Assembly (NCBI RefSeq): GCF_000011465.1
Contig: NC_005072.1
Location: 1-32,000 of the forward strand
Reading direction: 5' to 3'
From: Prochlorococcus marinus subsp. pastoris str. CCMP1986
Lineage (GTDB): Bacteria > Cyanobacteriota > Cyanobacteriia > PCC-6307 > Cyanobiaceae
Length of the DNA stretch: 32,000 bases
Numbering within the stretch: the first letter of the stretch is position 1; each line of letters opens with the position of its first letter. Shown piece by piece: positions 19,034-30,288 of the stretch. The notes beneath the pieces were generated by a model. The model was not told where the DNA came from. It did no database searches and was given only the letters and a program-made list of their open reading frames with translations. The translations under genes and the position numbers were made by a program.

Positions 19034-20158
19034 ATGGCCGACTTTTATCAAATACTTGGTGTTTCAAGAGATGCTGATGCTAATACTTTAAAGAGTGCTT
19101 ATAGAAAGTTAGCAAGACAATATCATCCTGATGTCAATAAAGATCCAGGTGCTGAAGATAAATTCAAAGAGATAGGCAAGGCATATGAGGCTTTAGCTGA
19201 TCCCGAAACTAGAGCGAGATACGATCAGTTTGGAGAGGCTGGAATAGGGGGAGCTGCTGGTATGCCGGATATGGGTGATATGGGTGGTTTTGGAGACTTG
19301 TTTGAAACTTTTTTTAATGGCTTTGGGGGACAATCTTCACAAGGAGGTAGATCACAAAGAAGGGGACCACAACAAGGTGATGACTTAAGGTATGACTTAA
19401 ATATTGACTTTAAAGATGCTATTTTTGGACAACAAAGAGAAATCAATATACCTCATTTAGAAACTTGTGAAGTATGTAGAGGCACCGGAGCAAAAAAAGG
19501 CACAGGTCCAACAACTTGCACAACATGTGGCGGAAGTGGACAGGTTAGAAGGGCTACAAGGACTCCATTTGGTAATTTTACCCAAGTAGCAGAATGCCCA
19601 ACTTGTAATGGGGTTGGACAAATAATTTCAGATCCATGCACAAGTTGTGGTGGTAATGGTGTGAAACAAGTTAGAAAAAAATTACGTATTAATATTCCTG
19701 CAGGAGTTGATTCTGGAACTAAATTGAGAGTTTCTGGAGAGGGAAACGTTGGTCTAAAAGGCGGCCCACCTGGAGATCTTTATGTCTTTATTAAAGTTAA
19801 AAATGACTCAAATTTAAAAAGAGAAGGCATTAATATTTATTCAGAAATATCAGTAAGTTATCTTCAAGCTATCCTTGGTGATACTGTCGATATCATTACC
19901 GTTGATGGTAAGGTTAATTTAAAGATTCCAAGTGGGACCCAGCCAAATAGCACTTTATCTCTTGAGAATAAAGGAGTTCCTAGATTAGGAAATCCAGTTG
20001 CAAGAGGCAATCATCAGGTTTTAGTAAAAGTTAAACTTCCAACTCGAATTACAGAAGATGAACGAAATCTTTTAGAGGATCTAGCTTCAAAATATACTGA
20101 ACAGAATTCAAGTTCTAACAGTGGTTTGTTTAGTAGATTGTTTGGAAAGGATTCTTGA
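19034..20158 (+). CDS. dnaJ: Molecular chaperone DnaJ (type I, four zinc-finger motifs)
   Basis: 374 aa; J domain YHPDVN; [32 protein letters not shown]. Confidence 0.97.
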   Translation: MADFYQILGVSRDADANTLKSAYRKLARQYHPDVNKDPGAEDKFKEIGKAYEALADPETRARYDQFGEAGIGGAAGMPDMGDMGGFGDLFETFFNGFGGQSSQGGRSQRRGPQQGDDLRYDLNIDFKDAIFGQQREINIPHLETCEVCRGTGAKKGTGPTTCTTCGGSGQVRRATRTPFGNFTQVAECPTCNGVGQIISDPCTSCGGNGVKQVRKKLRINIPAGVDSGTKLRVSGEGNVGLKGGPPGDLYVFIKVKNDSNLKREGINIYSEISVSYLQAILGDTVDIITVDGKVNLKIPSGTQPNSTLSLENKGVPRLGNPVARGNHQVLVKVKLPTRITEDERNLLEDLASKYTEQNSSSNSGLFSRLFGKDS

Positions 20159-20388
20159 AAAAAGTTTCAAAGTTATTGGATTTAGAATCGATTCCTTGTC
20201 CTTTGAATGTTGTGAAATGTAAATTAGCGCTAGAGAAACTATCTTCAAATGAAACCTTGATAGTCCATTTAGATAAAGGAGAACCAGAAATCATGGTTAA
20301 AAGAGCTTTAAAAGAAATGAAATATTTTTTTAAAACTTTAGAAGAAAATCAAAAAACAATAAAGCTAGAATTTTTGCATGAAAGTTAA
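20155..20388 (+). CDS. TusA/SirA-like sulfur-carrier family small protein
   Basis: 77 aa with TTG start overlapping the dnaJ TGA; [18 protein letters not shown], a TusA-type CPxx motif. Confidence 0.8.
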   Translation: MKKVSKLLDLESIPCPLNVVKCKLALEKLSSNETLIVHLDKGEPEIMVKRALKEMKYFFKTLEENQKTIKLEFLHES

Positions 20389-21295
20389 TAAAAAATATAA
20401 GGGTCTTGTTACGAAAAAATTTAATGAATTTTATTTGGTTGAATTAGATAAATATGAGACCTCAGTTGCTAACAAAAAATTTTTATGCAAAATCAAGAAG
20501 TCTGTAAATTTTAGAAACCAATTCGTTTTCGTTGGCGATGAAGTGATTGTTTATCAAATTGATTTACAAAGTAAAAGAGCAACGATAGAAAGTTTAGTCA
20601 AAAGGAATAATCTTTTAGAAAGACCATCCGTTGCTAATATTTCAAATATATACGTCATTTGTTCTGTCGAAGAGCCAAAACTAAATTTATCTCAAGTCAA
20701 TAAGTTTTTAATATCTTCTGAGCAACTAGGGGTAGAGGTTTCATTGGTGCTTACGAAATGTGATTTGATAACAGAAGAAAAACGACTTTTGTTAATTGAA
20801 AAATTTCACCAGTGGGGATATCAAGCAATTACTTTAAATTTAAATAATCCTGAAAATTTAAGAACTTTATTGATCGAGTTAAAGAAGAAAAAATGCTCAA
20901 TATTTATGGGACCGTCTGGCGTTGGTAAAACTACTTTATTAAATATGATAATTCCAAACCTTGACAATAAAACTGCTCCCGTATCAAGCAAAATAAAACG
21001 TGGAAAAAATACGACGAGAAATGTTGAGCTATTTTCTTTATCAAGTAAAAGCTACATTGTCGATACACCTGGTTTTAATATTCAAACACTTGAAATAGAT
21101 ATTCGCGAATTATCTAATTTATATCCAGAAATTTATAAACAAGTAGTTAATGAAGGTATACATTGCAAGTTTCGTAATTGTTTACATGTAAATGATGAAG
21201 GTTGTAAGTTAAATAAAAATTTCGAAAGGTATACTTTCTATAAAGAAATGGTTGAATCATCTAAGAGTCATTATTGTCTAATCCAGGAAGATTAA
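20378..21295 (+). CDS. rsgA: Ribosome small subunit-dependent GTPase A (circularly permuted)
   Basis: 305 aa; G4 TKCD precedes G1 [10 protein letters not shown] and G3 DTPGF; C-terminal Cys/His cluster [14 protein letters not shown]. Confidence 0.95.
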   Translation: MKVNKKYKGLVTKKFNEFYLVELDKYETSVANKKFLCKIKKSVNFRNQFVFVGDEVIVYQIDLQSKRATIESLVKRNNLLERPSVANISNIYVICSVEEPKLNLSQVNKFLISSEQLGVEVSLVLTKCDLITEEKRLLLIEKFHQWGYQAITLNLNNPENLRTLLIELKKKKCSIFMGPSGVGKTTLLNMIIPNLDNKTAPVSSKIKRGKNTTRNVELFSLSSKSYIVDTPGFNIQTLEIDIRELSNLYPEIYKQVVNEGIHCKFRNCLHVNDEGCKLNKNFERYTFYKEMVESSKSHYCLIQED

Positions 21296-21611
21296 GATTT
21301 AAGCCACCAGTCAAGTCATTCATTCTCTCTTTCATTGTTGTAGTTGAACTTTCATGAGCTTTTTTGATAGCTTCTAATATGTTTTTTTCTATTTCTTCTT
21401 TATTAGCAGTTGAAATATTTTCATTGACTTCAACTCTTAGTGGGAGTTGGTTTCCGCTAATCCATACTTTTATCATTTCATCATCACTTTTACCTTCAAT
21501 TTCCATGCTTTCAAGCTCATCCTGTAATTTTTGTGCATTTTGTTGAATTTCTTTAGCTTTTTTAAAAGCCTCTGTTAGTTGTCCAAAATTTGGAAGTCCA
21601 AAACCTGCCAT
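21261..21611 (-). CDS. ybaB: YbaB/EbfC family nucleoid-associated protein
   Basis: 116 aa; [25 protein letters not shown]. Confidence 0.9.
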   Translation of the reverse strand: MAGFGLPNFGQLTEAFKKAKEIQQNAQKLQDELESMEIEGKSDDEMIKVWISGNQLPLRVEVNENISTANKEEIEKNILEAIKKAHESSTTTMKERMNDLTGGLNLNLPGLDNNDS

Positions 21612-21633
21612 TTTTATAAAAAAGTTTCTTTAA

Positions 21634-22524
21634 TTAAGGATAGTCAAAACCGATCATTCTTACTTCGGGTTCAAGAAAAATACCTTTTTTTTGTAGTACT
21701 TTTTGTTGAATTACTGTTATTAAATCTAAAATATCTTTCGAATTAGCAAAAGAGTTATTTACTATAAAATTTCCATGCATAGTTGAAATTTCTGCGCCGC
21801 CTATTTTAAAACCTTTTAATCCAAGTTCTTCAATTAATTTACCCGCATAATTATTAGTTGGATTTTTAAAAACGCTTCCAAAGCTAGGTAAATGGTAAGG
21901 TTGAGTATCGGTCTTTTTTTTAAGATTTTTCTGTGTAGTTTCTAATAATTGTTCAATATTTCCTTTTGGCTCAAATAGCAGTTTTGCACTTATAATCATG
22001 AGATTATTTTGCTGAAAAGGACTGAATCTGTATTGAAAATTGATATCTTTTTTTTCAATTTCTGATATTTTTAGAGTTTTAGTATCAATTACTCGAACTG
22101 ATAAAAGATTATTTGCCAACGATAATTGTTTTGAACCTGCATTCATGCAAATAGAACCTCCGACTGTGCCTGGAATTCCCACAGTCCATTCACCGCCTTG
22201 CAATCCTTTTTTTGCAAGTATATTTGACATTGTTGGTAGCATTACCCCAGCCTCTACTTCTACAATTCCTGAATGAGATTCAATTTTGATAGAGCGCATT
22301 TTTTTGGTACATATAGTTAGGCCTTTTAAGAAAATATTATTTATTAATAAATTTGAGCCAGCTCCTATTATTCGACATTTTTGATTATTTAAAGACGCCC
22401 AATTTATTAAATTGATGAATTCATCAGTATTATTTGGTTTTGAAAAATATTCCGCAAATCCACCAACTTTTATAGTCGTATAATTAGAAAGGTTTATTTT
22501 CTCTTTAAAAGTAATATTTTTCAT
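21634..22524 (-). CDS. murB: UDP-N-acetylenolpyruvoylglucosamine reductase
   Basis: 296 aa; NYTTIKVGG, RIIGAGSNLL, GIPGTVGGSICMNAG, PSFGSVFKNP. Confidence 0.96.
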   Translation of the reverse strand: MKNITFKEKINLSNYTTIKVGGFAEYFSKPNNTDEFINLINWASLNNQKCRIIGAGSNLLINNIFLKGLTICTKKMRSIKIESHSGIVEVEAGVMLPTMSNILAKKGLQGGEWTVGIPGTVGGSICMNAGSKQLSLANNLLSVRVIDTKTLKISEIEKKDINFQYRFSPFQQNNLMIISAKLLFEPKGNIEQLLETTQKNLKKKTDTQPYHLPSFGSVFKNPTNNYAGKLIEELGLKGFKIGGAEISTMHGNFIVNNSFANSKDILDLITVIQQKVLQKKGIFLEPEVRMIGFDYP

Positions 22525-22531
22525 TAATTAT

Positions 22532-23953
22532 TTAATTATTTAAAGTATTTTTATTTTTTAAAATTGACCATAAGTTATGACAATCTCCAGCCCCCATATT
22601 TATGATAAAATCATTTTTTTTGGTTAATTTAAAAAATTTTTCATTAATTTCATAATTATCTTTTAAACATGTAACATTCTTATTATTTTTATAAATAAGG
22701 TTAGCAATTAGTTGCGAGTCAATATTGTCAATATTTTTTTCTCCAGCTCCAAATATATTTGTTACGTAGATAACATCTGCTTTTGATAGTTCTTTCACAA
22801 ATTCATGAATAAATTGTTTTACTCTAGTAAATCTATGAGGTTGAAAAATAGCAATTAATCTTCCCTTTTCTTCCCTATCACTACTATTTTTATCTTTAAT
22901 AAATAACCTTGCTAAATCAATTGTTGCTTTAATTTCATTAGGATGATGTGCATAGTCATCATAAATTATTCTTTGATTTATTTCACCTCTAAATTCAAAT
23001 CTTTTTTTTGGTAACTTTAAAGATTCTGTATTTTTTTTTATTTCTTTAAAACTTACTCCAACCATCCTGCAGGCTGCTATTGCAGCAGTAATATTAGAAA
23101 GATTATGTAATCCAGGAACTGGAATGTTTATTATATCAATGAATTTGCCATGTTCATAATATTTACCAACGGTTTTGTCCTTATTTATAATATTTGGAAT
23201 TAATGAATAAGCAATATTATTACTTTCTTTAATAGACCATTGATTTTTGGAAGTAAAATTATTTTTTGTAAATTTACAATCATAGTTAATCAATAATTTT
23301 TGGCAGTTAGAAGCAAATTTTTTAAATGATGATAGAACTTCATCGATATTTGAGTAATGGTCACAATGATCAAAATCAATATTATTAATTATTCCAATAT
23401 CTGAATTGTAATTCTTAATTGTTCCATCAGATTCGTCAATTTCTGTTACTAAGTATTTTGTGTTTTCGATATGAGCATTGGAATCATAGATTGGGATTAT
23501 CCCACCAGTTATTGAAGAAGAATCATGTGTGCATAATTCTAATAGCGTTGAAAGGAAAGTACTTGTTGAGGTTTTCCCATGACTACCTGCTATTGATAAT
23601 GATGTGTAAGAGTTCATTATCATCGCAAGAATTTCTGAACGATGTTTTATCGATAAATTATTTTTTTTGCAAAAGCATAACTCTTCGTTTTCATCTTTAA
23701 TCGCAGAGCTAATCACACAATTGAGTGTATGATCCTGAAATTTTGAAATCACAAAATCAATATTTTTTTTAATTTGAGAATCAAAAATTATTGCTCCTAA
23801 TGTTTTTAAACTTTTTGTTTCTTTGTTTTGAATTAAATCAGACCCAGAGACTGAGTATCCCTTTTTTATTAATGCCATAGCGATTGCAGACATTCCAATA
23901 CCACCAATGCCAATAAAATGAAAATGATCTTTATGTCCTAATTTTTTATTCAA
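22532..23953 (-). CDS. murC: UDP-N-acetylmuramate--L-alanine ligase
   Basis: 473 aa; FHFIGIGGIGMSAIAMALI, SIAGSHGKTSTSTFL, DDYAHHPNEIKATI. Confidence 0.96.
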   Translation of the reverse strand: MNKKLGHKDHFHFIGIGGIGMSAIAMALIKKGYSVSGSDLIQNKETKSLKTLGAIIFDSQIKKNIDFVISKFQDHTLNCVISSAIKDENEELCFCKKNNLSIKHRSEILAMIMNSYTSLSIAGSHGKTSTSTFLSTLLELCTHDSSSITGGIIPIYDSNAHIENTKYLVTEIDESDGTIKNYNSDIGIINNIDFDHCDHYSNIDEVLSSFKKFASNCQKLLINYDCKFTKNNFTSKNQWSIKESNNIAYSLIPNIINKDKTVGKYYEHGKFIDIINIPVPGLHNLSNITAAIAACRMVGVSFKEIKKNTESLKLPKKRFEFRGEINQRIIYDDYAHHPNEIKATIDLARLFIKDKNSSDREEKGRLIAIFQPHRFTRVKQFIHEFVKELSKADVIYVTNIFGAGEKNIDNIDSQLIANLIYKNNKNVTCLKDNYEINEKFFKLTKKNDFIINMGAGDCHNLWSILKNKNTLNN

Positions 23954-24107
23954 TTATCAAATTTAGACTTAAATCAAGATAACTTCTAAGTAATTGGAAT
24001 GGCATTTAATTTTTACAAAAAATGTTGGTTTTTTTATGAATTAATACAAAAATAGAATTATTTGCTTAATAAATTAAAAAATACTTACGTTATTGCACAA
24101 AATTCTG

Positions 24108-24113
24108 TATGAT
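24108..24113 (+). promoter_or_regulatory. Candidate -10 element TATGAT upstream of gap
   Basis: TATGAT with a weak TTACGT 17 bp upstream; 36 nt before the ATG at 24150. Confidence 0.35.
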
Positions 24114-24149
24114 CAGCAACTTAGGTTAATCAATAAAAAATTTTTAATT

Positions 24150-25172
24150 ATGACTTTGCGTGTTGCGATTAATGGGTTTGGCAGAATTGGGCGAAACTTT
24201 ATGCGTTGTTGGTTAAGTAGAGGAGCTTATACCAACATCGAAGTGGTTGGGATTAATGTAACTTCAGACCCTAAAACTAACGCTCATCTGCTTAAGTACG
24301 ATTCAGTATTAGGAAAATTGGATGGAGTGGACATTCAATATACTGATGATACTTTTGTAATTAATAACAAGACTATCAAGTGTTTTTCTGATAGAAACCC
24401 AATGAATTTACCTTGGAAAGATTGGGGGGTTGATTTGGTTATTGAATCAACTGGTGTTTTTAATACTGATATTGGTGCAAGTAAACACCTTGAGGTAGGT
24501 GCTAAAAAAGTAATTCTTACTGCTCCTGGTAAAGGTTCAGGTGTTGGGACTTACGTAGTAGGTGTGAATGCTGATCAATATAAACATAGTGATTATGATA
24601 TTTTGAGCAATGCTAGTTGCACTACAAATTGTTTAGCTCCAGTAGTAAAAGTTCTTGATCAAACGTTTGGAATTAATAAAGGATTGATGACAACAATTCA
24701 TAGCTATACTGGTGATCAACGTATTTTAGATAATAGTCATAGGGATTTAAGAAGGGCTAGAGCAGCAGCTACAAACATTGTTCCTACTTCAACAGGAGCT
24801 GCTAAAGCAGTTGCTTTGGTCTACCCTGAGATGACAGGTAAACTCACTGGTATAGCTATGAGAGTACCTACTCCTAACGTTTCAGCTGTAGATTTCGTTT
24901 TTGAATCTTCAAAATCTGTTACTAGTCAAGAAGTTAATAACGCGCTTAAGGAATCTTCTCTGGGTTCTATGAAAGGAATTATTAAATACGGTGATGAGCC
25001 ACTGGTTTCAAGTGATTATGCAGGAACTAATGAATCATCAATAGTTGATAGTGATCTTACAATGTCAATTGGCGATAATCTTGTAAAAGTTCTTGCCTGG
25101 TATGACAATGAATGGGGTTATAGTCAAAGAGTTGTAGATTTAGCTGAGATAGTAGCTCAAAAATGGGAATAA
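24150..25172 (+). CDS. gap: Glyceraldehyde-3-phosphate dehydrogenase
   Basis: [19 protein letters not shown]; [12 protein letters not shown]; the ORF-track start at 24093 adds 19 unlikely residues. Confidence 0.96.
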   Translation: MTLRVAINGFGRIGRNFMRCWLSRGAYTNIEVVGINVTSDPKTNAHLLKYDSVLGKLDGVDIQYTDDTFVINNKTIKCFSDRNPMNLPWKDWGVDLVIESTGVFNTDIGASKHLEVGAKKVILTAPGKGSGVGTYVVGVNADQYKHSDYDILSNASCTTNCLAPVVKVLDQTFGINKGLMTTIHSYTGDQRILDNSHRDLRRARAAATNIVPTSTGAAKAVALVYPEMTGKLTGIAMRVPTPNVSAVDFVFESSKSVTSQEVNNALKESSLGSMKGIIKYGDEPLVSSDYAGTNESSIVDSDLTMSIGDNLVKVLAWYDNEWGYSQRVVDLAEIVAQKWE

Positions 25173-26159
25173 TCAAAAGTGAGAAAAAGACTTATTCTTA
25201 AGTAAATTTTTGTTATCACAGTTTTTAAAATTGACTGACACGTCTCCTTCGAGAAAGTATCCGATTTCCGTAATAGTTTGATCTTCATTTAAAAGATTAT
25301 TGGCCCATTTTCTTGGGAGAGAAAAAACTAGCTCGTAATCTTCGCCCCCAAAAAAATAATATTCGTCCCATTTATTTCCTGTAGGCCAATTTTTATGTTT
25401 AGGAACTTTTGCATAATCAATAATTGCTTTGCAATTACTTTCAGTTGCTAAATCTAATAATGCTTGAAATAATCCATCACTACTGTCAGTACAACCAATC
25501 ATTTTAATACTTTTATTAGTACGAGTTTTAAGTATTTTTTTAAGAAATTTAGGTTTAAGTTTTGGTCTGCAAAATTGTTGTAAAGAACTATTTATTAATG
25601 AGTGTGATAGTGCAATATCACTATCAAAAATTGTTTTACTTTTTATCATTAATCCTAATTTGCTAAGGCCATGAATGCCTGTAGTCAAAATAATTTCATT
25701 TGGTTTGCATGAGTTTCTTCGTAATTTAATTTCACCCTGTTTTCCTAGAGCAGTCATAGAGATTACTTTTTCTTTTCCCACAGAACAATCTCCTCCAAGA
25801 ATTAAGCCCCCAAAATAGTCTAAAGCTAGATTTATTCCTGTATATAAATCTTTAATCCAAAGCCAATCTGTTTTTGATGGGACTACTAATCCAATATTAA
25901 CTCCTATAATTTTGCTGCATCCACTTGAGATTAAATCAGATACATTACATGCTACGGCTTTCCATCCTATGTCTAAGGCAGAGATCGTATCATCATTAAA
26001 ATGTATATTTTCTACTAATGAATCAGTATTAATAAGTAAGTTTTTATTTTTAGCTTTAATGAATGCGCAATCATCAGAAACTTGATTTTTAGGCATAAAT
26101 TCAGCAAGCCTTTTTATTAATTCTTTTTCGCCAATATCCTCTAATAATTCTTTATGCAT
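25173..26159 (-). CDS. thiL: Thiamine-monophosphate kinase
   Basis: 328 aa; DDCAFI, NTDSLVENIHF, GLVVPS, DSSDGLFQALLDLA, GGEDYELVF. Confidence 0.93.
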   Translation of the reverse strand: MHKELLEDIGEKELIKRLAEFMPKNQVSDDCAFIKAKNKNLLINTDSLVENIHFNDDTISALDIGWKAVACNVSDLISSGCSKIIGVNIGLVVPSKTDWLWIKDLYTGINLALDYFGGLILGGDCSVGKEKVISMTALGKQGEIKLRRNSCKPNEIILTTGIHGLSKLGLMIKSKTIFDSDIALSHSLINSSLQQFCRPKLKPKFLKKILKTRTNKSIKMIGCTDSSDGLFQALLDLATESNCKAIIDYAKVPKHKNWPTGNKWDEYYFFGGEDYELVFSLPRKWANNLLNEDQTITEIGYFLEGDVSVNFKNCDNKNLLKNKSFSHF

Positions 26160-27243
26160 TTAATTTGAGTTTATCCATTCCATATAAAACATCAATTGAA
26201 ATTATTGTGTCATCTTTTGTAAGCTCTTCTAAAACATCAAAACCCTCTATTACGTAACCAAAGGCGGCATTCCTTCCATCAATTAAATTTCGACCTGCTG
26301 GATTTAGCTCTGCTTCGTATAAAAAGAAGAAAAACTGCGATGATCCATCATCAACAGCGGCACTGGAATGTGACCACCCCAAGGTTCCAAGAGTTGCAAA
26401 TGGCAAAGTCGGTGTTTCTGTATAAAGGCCTAACTCTTCAAAAGTTTCATTATAAAAAGTTTCGCTTTCGGTAGGTATTCTAATTTCTAGTGGAACATGT
26501 CTTTCCACATTTGTTTCGGGATCTATATATCCAATCTCATTACCAACTGGATCACCAGTTTGAAGAACAAAAAATTCTTCTGCTCTATTAATTGGCATAT
26601 TACTGTAAAAGTTTTTTGAAGATAAATCTATAAAGGCACCAGCAGTAAGCGGTGCATTAAATCCATCTATTATTGCTTGCATATCGCCTTTAGAAGTTTT
26701 TATATTTACTTTTGCTCTACCAAGTAATCTCGGAAGATGATCAAATTCGCTTGGAATAGAATAGGGAAATTCATTTGGTAAAAAATATTCCTCTAGTCCC
26801 CCTATTTTATCTAGTGCTTCTCTTCTGGTTGTTATGAATGAATATTTATCTTTAGATTTAGCTTCATCTTGAAGATTATCAAAATCATTTTTAAGATCTA
26901 AAAATGTGTTTTCTGCAATTTTTTGTTTTTCGTTTGGTAATTCCTCAATAATTCGACTCTTATATTTTTTTAGTAAAGATTGACATTTTGTAACAGTTTT
27001 TGAGAGAGCTGGCCATCTTCCCCCTCTTACAAGGTCACTTGTGTCCTCTAACTTATGTTGAATTTCCTGCAGCTCAACTTGCTTGATAGGGAGTGAATTT
27101 CTGAGTATTGCATTGGGATCTTTTACTGCGTTTCCAGTAGGTAAATCAGCGAATACTTGTGTTGGTTTTAAGAGGCAAACATGTATTAAAATTAGAATTA
27201 AGAATAAAAAATGTTTGTTCTGATTTGATAAGAAGTTTTGCAT
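26152..27243 (-). CDS. Cyclophilin-type peptidyl-prolyl isomerase, TLP40/CYP38-like
   Basis: 363 aa; hydrophobic leader, helical N-terminal domain, C-terminal [37 protein letters not shown]. Confidence 0.85.
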   Translation of the reverse strand: MQNFLSNQNKHFLFLILILIHVCLLKPTQVFADLPTGNAVKDPNAILRNSLPIKQVELQEIQHKLEDTSDLVRGGRWPALSKTVTKCQSLLKKYKSRIIEELPNEKQKIAENTFLDLKNDFDNLQDEAKSKDKYSFITTRREALDKIGGLEEYFLPNEFPYSIPSEFDHLPRLLGRAKVNIKTSKGDMQAIIDGFNAPLTAGAFIDLSSKNFYSNMPINRAEEFFVLQTGDPVGNEIGYIDPETNVERHVPLEIRIPTESETFYNETFEELGLYTETPTLPFATLGTLGWSHSSAAVDDGSSQFFFFLYEAELNPAGRNLIDGRNAAFGYVIEGFDVLEELTKDDTIISIDVLYGMDKLKLNA

Positions 27244-27286
27244 AGCACTCTTACAGGTTTATGATCCTTGGGTATGTAATACAGGA

Positions 27287-27847
27287 ATGATTTCCAGTAA
27301 CGATTTTCGCACAGGTACTACCATCGAGATAGATGGACAAGTTTGGCGTGTAGTAGAATTCCTACATGTCAAGCCTGGTAAAGGTTCTGCTTTTGTGCGA
27401 ACAAAATTAAAATCAGTTCGAAACGGTAATGTAGTCGAAAAAACTTTTCGAGCTGGAGAATCAGTACAACAAGCTGTTCTCGAAAAGTCTAACCTGCAAC
27501 ATACTTATGTGGAGTCAGGAGATTACGTTTTTATGGATATGATAAGTTTTGAAGAAACAAGACTCTCCTCTGATCAAATCGGTAGAGGTTCAAAGTATTT
27601 GAAAGAAGGTATGGAGGTTAATGTGATTTTTTATAAAGATAAAGTTTTAGAAGTTGAACTTCCAATCTCTATAACTTTAAAAGTTACAGAAACAGATCCT
27701 GGAGTTAAAGGAGATACTGCAAGTGGGGGTACTAAACCAGCTATTCTTGAAACAGGTGCTCAAGTTATGGTTCCTTTGTTTATTTCTGTAGGAGAAATGA
27801 TTAAGGTCGATACCCGTAATGATAGTTATCTTGGACGTGACAACTAA
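27287..27847 (+). CDS. efp: Elongation factor P
   Basis: 186 aa; [51 protein letters not shown]. Confidence 0.97.
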   Translation: MISSNDFRTGTTIEIDGQVWRVVEFLHVKPGKGSAFVRTKLKSVRNGNVVEKTFRAGESVQQAVLEKSNLQHTYVESGDYVFMDMISFEETRLSSDQIGRGSKYLKEGMEVNVIFYKDKVLEVELPISITLKVTETDPGVKGDTASGGTKPAILETGAQVMVPLFISVGEMIKVDTRNDSYLGRDN

Positions 27848-28353
27848 TGGCTATGAAATTAGATCATGATGACCTAGATCGCTTGATAGAAAAAATTTCT
27901 ACAAGTGATATTCAAGAATTTTCTCTAGAAGGGGAAGATTTTAAACTTGAAATAAAAAGAAATTTGTTTGATCAGAATCATTTAATTAACAATTCGACAA
28001 AAAACAATTCTTTGGAGAAGCAAATAATTACTTCTCAATCAACATCAACAGATAATATTACCCTGACAAGTAACCCTGAAGTATCTCAGGTGGCCCCTCC
28101 AGGGCGCTCAGATCTTACAGACATTACTTCCCCTATGGTTGGAACGTTTTATAGGGCTGCGGCTCCAGGAGAGGACCCATTTGTTGATTTAGGAAGTAAT
28201 ATTACTATTGGGCAAACGATTTGTATACTTGAAGCTATGAAGTTGATGAATGAAATCGAATCAGAGTTTAATGCTGAAATTGTAGAAATACTTGTTGAAA
28301 ATGGAACACCAGTAGAGTTTGGACAAGTATTAATGCGCGTTAAACAGTCTTGA
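27847..28353 (+). CDS. accB: Acetyl-CoA carboxylase biotin carboxyl carrier protein
   Basis: 168 aa; biotinylation motif CILEAMKLMNEIESE; shares 1 nt with the efp stop. Confidence 0.96.
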   Translation: MAMKLDHDDLDRLIEKISTSDIQEFSLEGEDFKLEIKRNLFDQNHLINNSTKNNSLEKQIITSQSTSTDNITLTSNPEVSQVAPPGRSDLTDITSPMVGTFYRAAAPGEDPFVDLGSNITIGQTICILEAMKLMNEIESEFNAEIVEILVENGTPVEFGQVLMRVKQS

Positions 28354-29370
28354 ATCTTTAGTTAAATCAAAAGCTGCTTTTATTGCTTCAACCATACTTT
28401 GAGATTGGGCTATACCTTTTCCTGCAATATCAAATCCAGTTCCATGATCAGGAGATGTTCTGATAAAAGGTAAACCAATAGTTGTATTAACTGAGTAATT
28501 AAGGGCTATAACTTTAATTGGAATTAATCCCTGATCATGATACATAGCAAGAATTCCATCATGTGTTGGAGCTGTTTTATCTCTCCATGCTTTTGAAGAT
28601 GAATTCCAGCAAGTATCAGGAGAAATAGGACCTGATACATGAACTCCTTTATTTTGATTACCCCAGGTAGTAACCGCATTTTTAATCCAATCTTTTTCCT
28701 CACTTCCTAATATGCCTTCTTCACCAGCATGAGGGTTTAATCCAGCGACTTTTAGAAGGGGTTTATTGACATAGGTTTTGCAAAATTTTGCAAACAAATC
28801 TAATTTTGTATGAATTAGTTGTGTAGATAATTTTTTTGGTACGTCGCATAAAGGTATATGGGTAGTTGCCAATAAGGTGTTAAATCTCCAACCAGTGATT
28901 GGAGATTTAGCTGTAAATAACATACCGACATCCTTAACCTGACAAGTTTCTGCTAATAATTCTGTTTGACCTGAATAATTATGGCCTGCTAAAGACCATG
29001 ACTTTTTACAAATAGGTCCAGTAACTAGTGCTGCATTTGTATACTTCTGAACAATTTCAATAGCTTTTTTCAAGTAAAAGAAACTTGCATTACCATTACT
29101 TTTTTTTTGTTTATTTATTTCAAACGGAATTTGAATATCATGTATTTGGTAATTATTAGGATCTACAATATTTTTGATTCCTAAAGATTTAAGATTTTTA
29201 TAAGTATTTTCTAGATTATTTTTTGATCCAACAATTATAAAATCAAGATTATATGGTATTTCTTTAGAAAAAAGAGCTTTCAAAATAATTTCAGGTCCGA
29301 TGCCTGACTCGTCTCCAACGCTTATGATAATTTTAAATTTATCTTCATTATCATTGCTTTGATTATTCAT
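28330..29370 (-). CDS. pdxA: 4-hydroxythreonine-4-phosphate dehydrogenase
   Basis: 346 aa; SVGDESGIGPEI, GHNYSGQTELLA, ALYHDQGLIPIK variant (MYHDQGLIPIK), FIRTSPDHGTGFDIAGK. Confidence 0.95.
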   Translation of the reverse strand: MNNQSNDNEDKFKIIISVGDESGIGPEIILKALFSKEIPYNLDFIIVGSKNNLENTYKNLKSLGIKNIVDPNNYQIHDIQIPFEINKQKKSNGNASFFYLKKAIEIVQKYTNAALVTGPICKKSWSLAGHNYSGQTELLAETCQVKDVGMLFTAKSPITGWRFNTLLATTHIPLCDVPKKLSTQLIHTKLDLFAKFCKTYVNKPLLKVAGLNPHAGEEGILGSEEKDWIKNAVTTWGNQNKGVHVSGPISPDTCWNSSSKAWRDKTAPTHDGILAMYHDQGLIPIKVIALNYSVNTTIGLPFIRTSPDHGTGFDIAGKGIAQSQSMVEAIKAAFDLTKDSRLFNAH

Positions 29371-30250
29371 GATTTAATTTTAATAGGCAATTATTTAATC
29401 CTGCTTTGTAGTTTTTATAAATAAGTTTATATCCTAATTTTTTACATAATAATTTATTTGAAACTCTTCTATTTTCTTTCCAAAAAGATTGGGCGATTGG
29501 CGATAAATCTTTTTTAGCTTCTTCAAATAATATTTTTTTGGGCATTTCTAATCCAAGTAATTGGTAGCTATATCTTATGACTTCAATTTGTGAGCAAGGC
29601 TCGTCATCTGCGATATTAATTATTTGATGAAAATCCAAATTATTTTTATTTTGTATTAAATAAATAATTGCATTTGCAATATCAGCGACATGAATTCTTG
29701 AGAAGACTTGATTTTCTTTATCTATCACTTTGATTTTTTTTGTTCTAATAGCTTCTAAAGTTGACCTCCCTGGACCATAAATACCAGGTAATCTGAAAAT
29801 TTGTATTGGCAAATTTGAATTAATCCATTCTCTTTCACAATTTAATCTCCTTTGACTTCTTTCTTGAAAAGGATTTGGTTGATCTTCTTCACACACCCAA
29901 TCACCATGGGTGTTGCCATAAACACCAGTAGTAGAGAGATATCCAACCCATTTTAGAGATAACTTTTTAATTTTATTTTTAAGCCTCTTTAATACAGGGT
30001 CGTTACCATTTTTATCTGGAGGTATACAACTAAGAATGTGAGTTGCTCCCTCAAAGATTGAATCTTCAGGTATTGAATTATCTTCGCTATTAAAAATAAA
30101 ACTATTTGGCTCATTACTAATAGATCGAGAACTTGCTAATGCTATGCAGCCTAGTTTTCTGATTGATTTTGCAAAATAGTCTCCGCTAAAACCTCCTCCA
30201 AAGATTAGGAATTTATTTTTTGCTGTAATGGGACTTGATAAATTGGTCAT
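29363..30250 (-). CDS. NAD-dependent epimerase/dehydratase family protein
   Basis: 295 aa; FGGGFSGDYFAKSI, YLSTTGVYGNTHGDW, RLPGIYGPGRS, RIHVADIANAI. Confidence 0.9.
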   Translation of the reverse strand: MTNLSSPITAKNKFLIFGGGFSGDYFAKSIRKLGCIALASSRSISNEPNSFIFNSEDNSIPEDSIFEGATHILSCIPPDKNGNDPVLKRLKNKIKKLSLKWVGYLSTTGVYGNTHGDWVCEEDQPNPFQERSQRRLNCEREWINSNLPIQIFRLPGIYGPGRSTLEAIRTKKIKVIDKENQVFSRIHVADIANAIIYLIQNKNNLDFHQIINIADDEPCSQIEVIRYSYQLLGLEMPKKILFEEAKKDLSPIAQSFWKENRRVSNKLLCKKLGYKLIYKNYKAGLNNCLLKLNHE

Positions 30251-30288
30251 TAAGTATTATAAATAGTACATATGTATTATTAAAGAAA

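Noticed and set aside
15363-23700. Other nested antisense ORFs (15363-15566, 18542-18766, 19225-19446, 19453-19641, 21364-21546, 22040-22276, 23419-23700)
   Set aside because: All lie opposite well-supported genes and have no independent evidence.
24093-24149. N-terminal extension of gap in the ORF track ([19 protein letters not shown])
   Set aside because: The conserved GAPDH start [14 protein letters not shown] begins at 24150; a candidate -10 (24108-24113) falls inside the extension.
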